Shown here: in pieces, positions 30,058 through 38,314 of the stretch
Layout: each line of letters opens with the position of its first letter
Numbering within the stretch: the first letter of the stretch is position 1
Assembly: GCA_937936675.1 (NCBI GenBank)
Contig: CALDDL010000012.1
Coordinates: forward strand, 2,670 to 66,669
Reading direction: 5' to 3'
Length of the DNA stretch: 64,000 nucleotides
Source: an uncultured bacterium
GTDB taxonomy: Bacteria; Bacteroidota; Ignavibacteria; Ignavibacteriales; Melioribacteraceae
Notes under the pieces: model-generated
Database searches by the model: none
What the model was told of the DNA's origin: nothing
Seen by the model: the letters and a program-made list of their open reading frames with translations, nothing else
Program-made: the position numbers and the translations under genes

Positions 30058-31113
30058 CTATCTACGAGATCTATCTCCGCCTCTGCTGCTACCGCTACTA
30101 TTTCCACTGCTGCCGCTTGATCTTGAAGGAGAATCGCTTCCTCTACTAGGTGCTGATGCAGGTGGAGGATTATAGCTTGGACTCGGGCTCGATGAAGGCG
30201 GTGGACTATAACTTCTTGGTGATTCGCTCGAACGTGATGAACTTCCTGAACTTCTCCTGCTCGCTCCATCGTTATCTCTTGTCCTAGGTCTTGTTGGTGT
30301 AGTTGACCTTCTATTACTTGGAGAATCCGATCTGCTGCTTGGTCTTTCTCTTTTTACTGCTTCACCTTTTTTAGGAATTTGAGTTTTATTATCTTTATCT
30401 CTTATAGTACCACTTTTAGAAGTATTTCCTCCACTTCTTGAAACTCCGCTTCTGTTTAAATCGACAGTATTACCATCTCTTCCGCTGCTTCTTCTAAATG
30501 AACCATTAGAAGTATTTCCGGCAGTTCTATCGCTGCCTGTTCTATTTCTCCTCGTGTCATAATTTCTCTCACCGTCTCTACCTCTCGTACGAGCAAAATC
30601 ATTCGTGCGGTATTTATATGGCGATTTAGCGGTATAGTTATTCCAATTATTATAATGAGGATAGTACCATGGTGAATAATAAGAATATGGGTAATACCAA
30701 GGTGCATAATATCCCGGTGTCATATAATATGAGTAGCCCCAATAAGTATCATAATAATTATAATAACATGGATCATAACCCCATGACAATGATACCCCTA
30801 CCGATGGATAATATCCATAAAGATATCTTCTATAAGGCATGTAACTATATGTATTCGAATTTAATATTGATACATTTCCATAAGAATCAATATAAATATC
30901 CTGACCGGTAGAATAATCATCATAATACTGATCATCATCGTAGTATTCTTCAGAATATTCATCGTTTTGGTAATCACTATTTTGATCGTTACTATCTTCA
31001 TAAGCATAACGGTCATTACGTTCCGGTCTCTCTCCCCTCATTGCCACTTGGGTATAACATCCGGTAGCAAATATGGAAAGTGCAACTATTAATATTTTCA
31101 ATGAGGTCTTCAT
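30058..31113 (-). CDS. Low-complexity lipoprotein: Tyr/Asp-rich middle, Ser/Arg/Pro-rich C-terminal half (no recognised family)
   Basis: Lipoprotein-type signal MKTSLKILIVALSIFATGC. Residues about 35-165 are extremely Tyr-rich (YYNYYDTYWGYSYYMTPGYYAPWYYPYSYYSPWYYPHY). Residues about 170-351 are S/R/G/P/N-rich and end GGDRSRR. This is the only long frame with a signal peptide in the region. Confidence 0.6.
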   Translation of the reverse strand: MKTSLKILIVALSIFATGCYTQVAMRGERPERNDRYAYEDSNDQNSDYQNDEYSEEYYDDDQYYDDYSTGQDIYIDSYGNVSILNSNTYSYMPYRRYLYGYYPSVGVSLSWGYDPCYYNYYDTYWGYSYYMTPGYYAPWYYPYSYYSPWYYPHYNNWNNYTAKSPYKYRTNDFARTRGRDGERNYDTRRNRTGSDRTAGNTSNGSFRRSSGRDGNTVDLNRSGVSRSGGNTSKSGTIRDKDNKTQIPKKGEAVKRERPSSRSDSPSNRRSTTPTRPRTRDNDGASRRSSGSSSRSSESPRSYSPPPSSSPSPSYNPPPASAPSRGSDSPSRSSGSSGNSSGSSRGGDRSRR

Positions 31114-31256
31114 TTTAATCCCCTTTTTTAAAACTCCTATTATAATATTATCAAAATTTATGCCTTATAAAAAGGCAAAAAGAAGGTCAAATTCGACTTA
31201 TTTTGGTAGGATTGTAGATTTTTTTAGACTAATATGTATATTATTTTGTACAAAAA

Positions 31257-32024
31257 TTAAAAAATGCCTCTTACGAACTCAATATATAGACCTCTATCTG
31301 CTTTATTTCCGATGAGCTTTTTATTTGATAACATATCTCTTAGATTTAGTCCAATCGTAAGCCCATTACCTATAGTCCATCTAATACCAAGATTAAGATA
31401 TCCCGATCCATCACCTATCGATTTTGATCCATTATCATTTATTGCAAAATCATATTCTCCAATAATTGAAACCTGCGTACCAATGGTTTTTTCAATTCCC
31501 AAACCCATATTTAAGTCTTTATCGCCATCTTGTCTTTCAAAGGAATAATTAAGTAATCCATGGAAACTGATATATCCGAGAAATTCAAAATTTTTGGAAG
31601 CAGCAACGAAAAGTCCCGGAGATTTTAATTCGTATCTTTTATCATTCTTATCGTAAAAACCTTTCCCTTGGGAATCAAAGCCGATAGTAATAGCCGGAAC
31701 GGACTCAGTCTCGTCAAATAATCTTCCTCTTACGTTCACACCGGGTAATTCATACATCGTTACTTTGCCAGTACCGATAATATTGCTTCCGCCATAAGAA
31801 ATGCCGAAGCTAAAATTCTCGAACACGCCAACTTCCAATTTAGTAACTACTGTACCGAAGGGCATAAAATCAGTAGAAATTCCTGCATAGCCTTTTTCTA
31901 ATATTCCCGCAGTAGGAAGATCAATTAAATAACGATATTCAAACTTAGCATCCGTACCTCCGGAACCTTGTCCGCTAATAAGAGTAACAGCTATTAAAAG
32001 AAATGCCAATATTTGCTTTTTCAT
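31257..32024 (-). CDS. Small outer-membrane beta-barrel protein (unknown family)
   Basis: Signal peptide MKKQILAFLLIAVTLISGQ, alternating hydrophobic beta-strand pattern, and C-terminal ...FVRGIF. Confidence 0.5.
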   Translation of the reverse strand: MKKQILAFLLIAVTLISGQGSGGTDAKFEYRYLIDLPTAGILEKGYAGISTDFMPFGTVVTKLEVGVFENFSFGISYGGSNIIGTGKVTMYELPGVNVRGRLFDETESVPAITIGFDSQGKGFYDKNDKRYELKSPGLFVAASKNFEFLGYISFHGLLNYSFERQDGDKDLNMGLGIEKTIGTQVSIIGEYDFAINDNGSKSIGDGSGYLNLGIRWTIGNGLTIGLNLRDMLSNKKLIGNKADRGLYIEFVRGIF

Positions 32025-32056
32025 ATTCTTTCCGGTTTAATTAGAAATTATTAATG

Positions 32057-33463
32057 CTAACTTTTTTTGAATGTAGAACCAGTTTTACCATCCTGTATTT
32101 GAATACCGAGTTTACTCAATTTATCTCGAATTTCATCTGCTAACTGATATTGCTTTTCTTGTTTTAATCTTATCCTTAATTCAAGGAATAATTGAATTAG
32201 TGCATCTTCAATACCTGATTCTTTTCCTTGGCTAAGATTCTCAATATGTAAAATTCCAAGTACGTCTTGAGCAGTCTTCTTTAGGAATTCAATTATTCCT
32301 TGATAAAAATTTTTGCCGGGATTATTATCTGCAATATACTTATTAGCGTCTTTAATAAACTCAAAAATAACTGCTAATCCTTTCGGAGTATTAAAATCAT
32401 CATCAACTGCTTTTTCAAAATCAGAATAATATTTTTCAAATATAAATTCACTCTTGTTCTCATTAAGTGACGGATTCTTTAAAAAACTAAGAGAACTAAG
32501 AACAAGATTATTTAGTTTCTCTAGTCCTTTCTCGGCAGAAGCTAATAAATCATCCGAGAAATTTAATGGTCCAGAATAAATTGTTTGAGCGAAAAAGAAT
32601 CTTATAGTTTCTGCAGAATATTTTTTTAGTACATCACGAGCAGTAAAAAAATTACCAAGTGACTTGGACATCTTTTCATTATCTATATTAAGGAAACCAA
32701 AATGAATCCAATATTTGGCAAATTGCTGATTTGTGGAAGCTTCGCTTTGTGCAATTTCATTTTCGTGATGCGGGAAAATTAAGTCGCTTCCACCGGCATG
32801 GATATCGATCGATTTACCTAAATGTTTCATCGCCATAGCAGAGCATTCAATGTGCCAGCCGGGACGTCCCTTACCCCATGGACTTTCCCATGATGGTTCT
32901 CCTTCCTTGACTTTTTTCCATAAAGAAAAATCGAGCGGATTTTTTTTCTCTTCATTAATTTCCACTCGAGCACCAGATTCTAAATCGTCTATATTCTTAC
33001 CGCTTAATTTACCGTAAGAAGGGAATTTCTTTACATCATAAAAAACATTTCCATCAACGTTATAAGCTATATTCTTCATCTCTAAATCTTTTATCAACTT
33101 GATCATTTCTTCTATGTGATCAGTAGCGTAGGGATAAATATCGGCTTTTTTTATTTTTAATTTTTCGATGTCAATAAGGAATTCCCCCGAATATTTTTTA
33201 GAAAATTCCGATGCACTTATTTTTTCTTCATTGGCTTTTTTGATTATCTTATCATCCACATCCGTTATATTCATTGCGAAGCGAACTTTGAAACCTTTAT
33301 ATATAAGATAGCGCCGAATCATATCAGAAACTATAAATGTTCTTGCATTTCCGATATGGAAAAAATCATAAACGGTCGGACCGCATACATACATTGTTAC
33401 ATTTGGCGGGTTTAAGGGTATAAATTCTTCTTTTTTCCTAGTAAGCGTGTTATAAATTTGCAT
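32057..33463 (-). CDS. cysS: Cysteine--tRNA ligase
   Basis: 468 aa with the HIGH-type motif GPTVYDFFHIGNAR and KMSKSLGN. Confidence 0.97.
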   Translation of the reverse strand: MQIYNTLTRKKEEFIPLNPPNVTMYVCGPTVYDFFHIGNARTFIVSDMIRRYLIYKGFKVRFAMNITDVDDKIIKKANEEKISASEFSKKYSGEFLIDIEKLKIKKADIYPYATDHIEEMIKLIKDLEMKNIAYNVDGNVFYDVKKFPSYGKLSGKNIDDLESGARVEINEEKKNPLDFSLWKKVKEGEPSWESPWGKGRPGWHIECSAMAMKHLGKSIDIHAGGSDLIFPHHENEIAQSEASTNQQFAKYWIHFGFLNIDNEKMSKSLGNFFTARDVLKKYSAETIRFFFAQTIYSGPLNFSDDLLASAEKGLEKLNNLVLSSLSFLKNPSLNENKSEFIFEKYYSDFEKAVDDDFNTPKGLAVIFEFIKDANKYIADNNPGKNFYQGIIEFLKKTAQDVLGILHIENLSQGKESGIEDALIQLFLELRIRLKQEKQYQLADEIRDKLSKLGIQIQDGKTGSTFKKS

Positions 33464-33602
33464 TTTTTACCTGAAATTGAACTTAAAAATATACAAATAG
33501 AGTAATTTGTAATCAACTATTAAAAAAAGAAGATTTATTTCGATAATACAAAATAGGATAAAAGGATAATAAAGATTTTTTATTTTTTTTGTTATTTAGA
33601 CT

Positions 33603-33630
33603 TTGACATCTTTATATTTTTTTATAGATT
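33603..33630 (+). promoter_or_regulatory. Candidate sigma-70-type promoter for the cytochrome gene
   Basis: TTGACA at 33603-33608, a 16-nt spacer, then TAGATT at 33625-33630. A strong AGGAGG SD precedes the ATG at 33728. The region is AT-rich, so a chance match is quite possible. Confidence 0.3.
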
Positions 33631-33727
33631 AAACGAGTAAATAAGAAAATATTAGTCAAATGTCTTTTTATAGTAAAAAACAAGATTTTAATATCGAATT
33701 AACAATACAAACCCCAGGAGGAGCTGT

Positions 33728-35725
33728 ATGATTAGAAGGTTAACTGCATTTACCTTGATCTCTTTGCTTCTAACCACAGTTGTTTATTCACAGACAATGA
33801 GTCTAACAACTTACGGTGTATCACCAAGAGAAGCGAATTTAAACGCAACTGATATTTTTACCGTTCAGTATAACGGATTAAAGAATGTCGGCGTTAATAG
33901 TAAAATCTATTTAAAAGCAACACTAAGCGGTGCAAGATTAAAAGCACCGGTATTTTCAATAGTAGAAAAACCTGCCGGTTCTACTGCTGCTTATGGCGGA
34001 ACAATTGAAGGCGGTTTAGATTCTTCAAATACTGTGATTCCATTTACCCCTGATGTTGTGGGTAAATATATCCTTAGAGTTAAAGACGGCAGCTATCAAG
34101 CAGATATCATTATCAATGCCGCTAAATATGTTGGTGTTGAAAAATGTAAAGACTGTCATAAATTTGCAGGCTTTGGTGGAGAAATTGTTGAAGCATGGCA
34201 AAAAACCGGACACGCAAACCAGATGAAAGAAGCATTCAATGGTGAATATAGCAGTCATTTCCAAGAATTTTGTTTAGCATGCCATGCAACCGGTTATGAT
34301 AAAAAAGCCGCAAATGATGGTTTTGATGATTTCCCGTTCGTATATCCGGCAGTATTAGCTCCGGGCGTTTATGATCAAACAGCTGCTATGTATCCTGAAG
34401 CTATGAAATTAGCAAACGTTCAGTGCGAAGCTTGTCACGGTCCAGGAAGTGTTCATGCTTCTTCACCTCTTAACTCAAAAGAAAATTCAAAAATCTCCGT
34501 AACAATGAGCTCAGATAATTGTGCTTACTGTCATGATAATGGTGCACATCACGTATTTGCTGAACAATGGGATTATTCTGCTCACGCAAACCCAACTAGC
34601 TACCCTGCTGGTCCTGGTCGTGAAAGCTGTGTTAGATGCCACACAGGTTCAGGTTTCAAACAATTCGTTGATGGCGTTCCTACAACCAGTACAGATCCAA
34701 CTTTTGATGCAATCTCATGTGCAAGCTGTCATGAACCTCATAGCAATGCTAATTCTCATCAATTAAGAAAAACAAGCGTTAAATTAGGAAATGGCGAAGT
34801 TGTTGATGGCGGTGGAAACGGAAGACTTTGCATGAACTGTCATCAGAGCCGTCAAAATGCTGCTACATATACAGTAAAATCGGCTTCTCATTATGGACCA
34901 CACTATGCTACACAAGCTGACGTTCTTGTAGGTACAAACGTTGTAACTTGGGGAGCTACAATTCCAAGTACGAAGCATTTCAATGTTACAGAAGATGCAT
35001 GCGTTACATGCCACATGTATCCTGATCCTGCAGGCGCTGCTAAAAAAGCAGTTCATCAAGGAGCTCACACATTCAGTATGAGAGATATAGATACAGGCGT
35101 AGCTAATATGGATGCTTGCGCAACTTGCCACGGTGGTTCTCTAGGTCTTGATTTCCATGATGTTAAGTTCTTCTATAAAGGAACTGGCGATCATGATGGT
35201 GATGGTGTTACTGAAGGATTACAGGAAGAAGTTCATGGTTTAATTGAAAAAGTTAGTGCTTTATTACCAAATCCTGATCCACATGCTGAAACTTCAACTG
35301 CATGGACTAAAGTTCAATTAGAAGCTGCTTATAACATCAGAACAATCTATTATGATAATAGCTGGGGAATTCACAATCCTAAGTTCACTATTGAATTATT
35401 AAATACAACTTGGAAAGCATTAAATGGTATTACTGACGTTGATGAAAACGAACTAATTCCTACTGAATTTACAGTTTATCAGAACTATCCGAATCCATTT
35501 AATCCAACTACGAATATTAAATTCTCTATTCCAAAAGCATCTAATGTAAAAGTTATTGTTTATGACGCTATCGGTAGAGAAGTTAGACAATTAGTAAATA
35601 ATGAATTGAACGCAGGAACACATACAATTCAATTTAACGCTTCTAACTTAGCTTCAGGTATCTATCTATACAGAATCGAAGCAGGCGACTTTACTAAAGT
35701 TAACAAGATGTTATTAATAAAATAA
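33728..35725 (+). CDS. Multiheme (nine CxxCH) c-type cytochrome with T9SS C-terminal sorting domain
   Basis: Signal peptide present. Nine heme-binding motifs: CKDCH, CLACH, CEACH, CAYCH, CVRCH, CASCH, CMNCH, CVTCH, CATCH. The C-terminus reads NYPNPFNPTTNIKFSIP....VNKMLLIK, a Por_Secre_tail-type CTD. Confidence 0.9.
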   Translation: MIRRLTAFTLISLLLTTVVYSQTMSLTTYGVSPREANLNATDIFTVQYNGLKNVGVNSKIYLKATLSGARLKAPVFSIVEKPAGSTAAYGGTIEGGLDSSNTVIPFTPDVVGKYILRVKDGSYQADIIINAAKYVGVEKCKDCHKFAGFGGEIVEAWQKTGHANQMKEAFNGEYSSHFQEFCLACHATGYDKKAANDGFDDFPFVYPAVLAPGVYDQTAAMYPEAMKLANVQCEACHGPGSVHASSPLNSKENSKISVTMSSDNCAYCHDNGAHHVFAEQWDYSAHANPTSYPAGPGRESCVRCHTGSGFKQFVDGVPTTSTDPTFDAISCASCHEPHSNANSHQLRKTSVKLGNGEVVDGGGNGRLCMNCHQSRQNAATYTVKSASHYGPHYATQADVLVGTNVVTWGATIPSTKHFNVTEDACVTCHMYPDPAGAAKKAVHQGAHTFSMRDIDTGVANMDACATCHGGSLGLDFHDVKFFYKGTGDHDGDGVTEGLQEEVHGLIEKVSALLPNPDPHAETSTAWTKVQLEAAYNIRTIYYDNSWGIHNPKFTIELLNTTWKALNGITDVDENELIPTEFTVYQNYPNPFNPTTNIKFSIPKASNVKVIVYDAIGREVRQLVNNELNAGTHTIQFNASNLASGIYLYRIEAGDFTKVNKMLLIK

Positions 35726-35750
35726 TTCATCTTAAGAATAAAGTTGTAAT

Positions 35751-35784
35751 AAAAAAGCTGCCTCAAAAGGGCAGCTTTTTTTTG
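35751..35784. terminator. Rho-independent terminator (bidirectional form) after the cytochrome gene
   Basis: An A-run, stem AGCTGCC (35756-35762), 7-nt loop, stem GGCAGCT (35770-35776), then a run of 8 T. It lies between convergent genes. Confidence 0.8.
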
Positions 35785-35949
35785 TTTAAAATTTATCTTT
35801 CCTAAAATAAATTAACGGTAAAAGACCTATTTCATGGAGGAAATTTTTGAATGTATAAGAATTCTTGAGTAATAAATAAAATTAATATCTGACATGAAAA
35901 ATTTAATGAAGGTAATTAGGATTAAAATTTTAGTGAAGGAGAATAGATT

Positions 35950-36933
35950 TTATCTTTTTAATTTCTTTAAGAGCAGTTTAAAGTCTTCAGGGAGTTCCGA
36001 TTCAAAGAAAAGTTTTTCTTTTGTTCTGGGGTGTATAAAACCCAAGGTCTTTGCATGAAGTGCCTGTCTTGTCATAATATCTAATAAATTATCTACACGA
36101 GTCTTCATCTTGGGAAGCTCAAGTCCATAAGCAATTCTTCTTCCACCATATACAGGGTCGCCAAATATGGGTCTATTTATATGCGATAGATGCACTCTAA
36201 TTTGATGTGTCCTGCCGGTTTTTAATTTTAATTTTACCAGTGAAGCAAATTCAAATTCTTCTAATACTTCATAAAATGTATGGGCATGCTTACCTTCTGT
36301 TTCGCTTACTGTAAATACTTTTCTATCTTTATTGCTTCGTGTAATATTAGCAATTATTTCACCCTTCGGTTCTTTGAATATACCCCAACAAACTGCCCAA
36401 TATTCTCTTTCGATTGTGTGATGAAAAAATTGTTTTGCTAATTGCGCATGCGTCCACTCATCTTTTGCCACCAGCAGAATACCGCTTGTTTCTTTATCTA
36501 TACGATGTACTATTCCCGGTCGGGTCTGTTCATCATTTAATTTGCTAAGCTTATTTGTATGGTGAAGAAGTGCATTTACTAACGTACCCGTAAAATTTCC
36601 TAATGAAGGATGAGCTACCATTCCTGCGGCTTTATTTACCAATAAAAGATATTCATCTTCATAAATAATATCCAATGGAATATCTTCCGCTTCTGTAAAT
36701 TCGGGACGAGGTGAAGTGGGAATTACAACATCAATTATATCGCCGGCATTAACTATATAATTTGACTTAATTATATCTCCGTTTACACGGACGCATTCTG
36801 CTTTTATTAATTTTTGGATTCTTGTTCGGGATGCATTTTCAATAGAATTTGTAAGGTAAAGGTCTATTCTTTCCTTCTTTTTGCCTGCCGGAATTTCAAT
36901 ATGTATTTTTTTTTCAGTTACTAATTTTGCCAT
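35950..36933 (-). CDS. rluD: 23S rRNA pseudouridine synthase, RluD subfamily
   Basis: N-terminal S4 domain, catalytic motif HRIDKETSGILLVAK, and RTHQIRVH. Confidence 0.9.
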   Translation of the reverse strand: MAKLVTEKKIHIEIPAGKKKERIDLYLTNSIENASRTRIQKLIKAECVRVNGDIIKSNYIVNAGDIIDVVIPTSPRPEFTEAEDIPLDIIYEDEYLLLVNKAAGMVAHPSLGNFTGTLVNALLHHTNKLSKLNDEQTRPGIVHRIDKETSGILLVAKDEWTHAQLAKQFFHHTIEREYWAVCWGIFKEPKGEIIANITRSNKDRKVFTVSETEGKHAHTFYEVLEEFEFASLVKLKLKTGRTHQIRVHLSHINRPIFGDPVYGGRRIAYGLELPKMKTRVDNLLDIMTRQALHAKTLGFIHPRTKEKLFFESELPEDFKLLLKKLKR

Positions 36934-37576
36934 CTTCTCTTGTTGTAGAAGCTCCTGTCGATCCGTTTATACTTTCAAAATTAGTTTCTTCAACAGGTGA
37001 TTCAACAGAAGGTTCTGTTATCGGTTCTGCGCTTTTTGAAGGAATGGATTTATGGAAAATTAATAATATAATCACACCGATCGTAACACTTGCATCGGCA
37101 ACATTAAAAATAGGCCAGCGGTCATAAGTATGACCTAAAATTGTAAAATCCCAAAAATCAACATTGAAGAAATCTACTACTTTCCCATAAAATAAAGGTG
37201 CATATCCATACAAAACACCATAAAACATTCTATCTATCAGATTACCAACTGCTCCGCCAAGTATAAAAGCCAACGCCAGTTTAAGTGGGAGATTCTCTTT
37301 TCTTACTTTATATAAATATACTAAGATTCCGATACTTGCAAATAAAGAGAATAAAGAAAGGAGTAATTTTGAATTATCACTTACATCAATACCAAATGCC
37401 ATTCCCGGATTTTCTACAAATGTAATCTTAAAAAAATCACCAATTACCGGAATGCTGTCGCCATAGAACATTCCATCATGTGATATATTAAGTATTGGTA
37501 TCCTTCCTCCCTTAACTAAAAATTTAGTTAATTGATCGACAACAACTAAAACAGCAGATATAATTAAAACTCTCAA
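36914..37576 (-). CDS. lspA: Lipoprotein signal peptidase (signal peptidase II) with acidic/Ser-rich C-terminal extension
   Basis: Motifs NPGMAFGI, GGAVGNLIDR and FNVADASVTIG. There are about 45 extra C-terminal residues. It overlaps the rluD start by 20 nt. Confidence 0.9.
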   Translation of the reverse strand: MRVLIISAVLVVVDQLTKFLVKGGRIPILNISHDGMFYGDSIPVIGDFFKITFVENPGMAFGIDVSDNSKLLLSLFSLFASIGILVYLYKVRKENLPLKLALAFILGGAVGNLIDRMFYGVLYGYAPLFYGKVVDFFNVDFWDFTILGHTYDRWPIFNVADASVTIGVIILLIFHKSIPSKSAEPITEPSVESPVEETNFESINGSTGASTTREDGKISN

Positions 37577-37591
37577 TAGTATTCCGAATAA

Positions 37592-38293
37592 TTATTTTTT
37601 CATTTTTTGTTTAACTTGAAGACAATGCTGAGTATGAGGGACAGCCATTAATCTTTCTTTTGGTATTAATGGACATGTAGCACAAAGATGCTGTGGTTCA
37701 TCAATACATTCAATACAAATGCCATAAGTGCCATTATCGATCCTCTGAAGAGCATCATCTAAATAACCGAGGAACTTATTCTCTCTTTGAGCCCATAGAT
37801 AGAGTTTTTCTCTTTCCATTGCATCTGTTCCTTGCTCTGCCATATGAAGCGAATAAGGAGAATTTTCATTGACGTACTGACCGGTTGTAGGGTCCATCAT
37901 TTGATCTTTGAGAATTTGAAGTTGTTCGATGATTTCGTTTCTCTTATCGAAAATAACTTTTTTAAATTCTTCAAGATCCTTTTTAGAATATCCTTGAATT
38001 TTTTTTACTTTCTTAGAAGGAGAAATTACTTCAACATGTTCCAAACTTTTCGCATTAGATTTCTTCTTTGATGATGTTTTTGCCGGTGCTTTAGCTTTTG
38101 CTGCCGGTTTGGTTTTCACCGGTTTAGAAACAGCAACTTTCTTAGTAGTAGCAGATGCTTTAGTTGCTTTAGAAGTAACTTTAGCAACGGGTTTCTTCTT
38201 CTCTACTTTTGCTTTAGCCGGTTTTGGAGCTGCTTTTGATGCAGTTTTTGCTCCACTTTTTTTCACCGTTTTTTTAGCTTCTGTTTTTGCCAT
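37592..38293 (-). CDS. DksA/TraR-family zinc-finger protein with N-terminal Lys/Ala/Pro-rich (histone H1-like) extension
   Basis: The C-terminal two-thirds is a DksA-like coiled coil followed by YGICIECIDEPQHLCATCPLIPKERLMAVPHTQHC. The position between ileS and lspA is typical for the FCB-group TraR/DksA gene. The first 85 or so residues are AKKxxAKPxA-type repeats. Confidence 0.75.
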   Translation of the reverse strand: MAKTEAKKTVKKSGAKTASKAAPKPAKAKVEKKKPVAKVTSKATKASATTKKVAVSKPVKTKPAAKAKAPAKTSSKKKSNAKSLEHVEVISPSKKVKKIQGYSKKDLEEFKKVIFDKRNEIIEQLQILKDQMMDPTTGQYVNENSPYSLHMAEQGTDAMEREKLYLWAQRENKFLGYLDDALQRIDNGTYGICIECIDEPQHLCATCPLIPKERLMAVPHTQHCLQVKQKMKK

Positions 38294-38314
38294 TACTTGC
38301 CTCCAGTTAAACTT

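Noticed and set aside
30036-30911. Alternative-frame ORFs (30036-30269, 30456-30707, 30669-30911) within the low-complexity lipoprotein locus.
   Set aside because: Repetitive composition keeps several frames open. Only the 351-aa frame has a signal peptide and lipobox and spans the whole region. Frame assignment still deserves experimental confirmation.
34784-35131. The 115-aa antisense ORF, and the 34025-34264 and 34521-34766 ORFs, inside the cytochrome gene.
   Set aside because: They overlap a CDS with nine in-frame CxxCH motifs, a signal peptide and a CTD. The shadow ORFs are Cys/Ile-rich mirror products with no start context.
35751-35784. Near-identical terminator hairpins (AAAAAAGCTGCC...GGCAGCTTTTTTT) at 35751-35784 and 62657-62686, considered as a possible REP/MITE-like repeated element.
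   Set aside because: Identity is limited to a 7-8-bp stem plus A/T runs, the loops differ, and the flanks are unrelated. This is most simply two independent intrinsic terminators.
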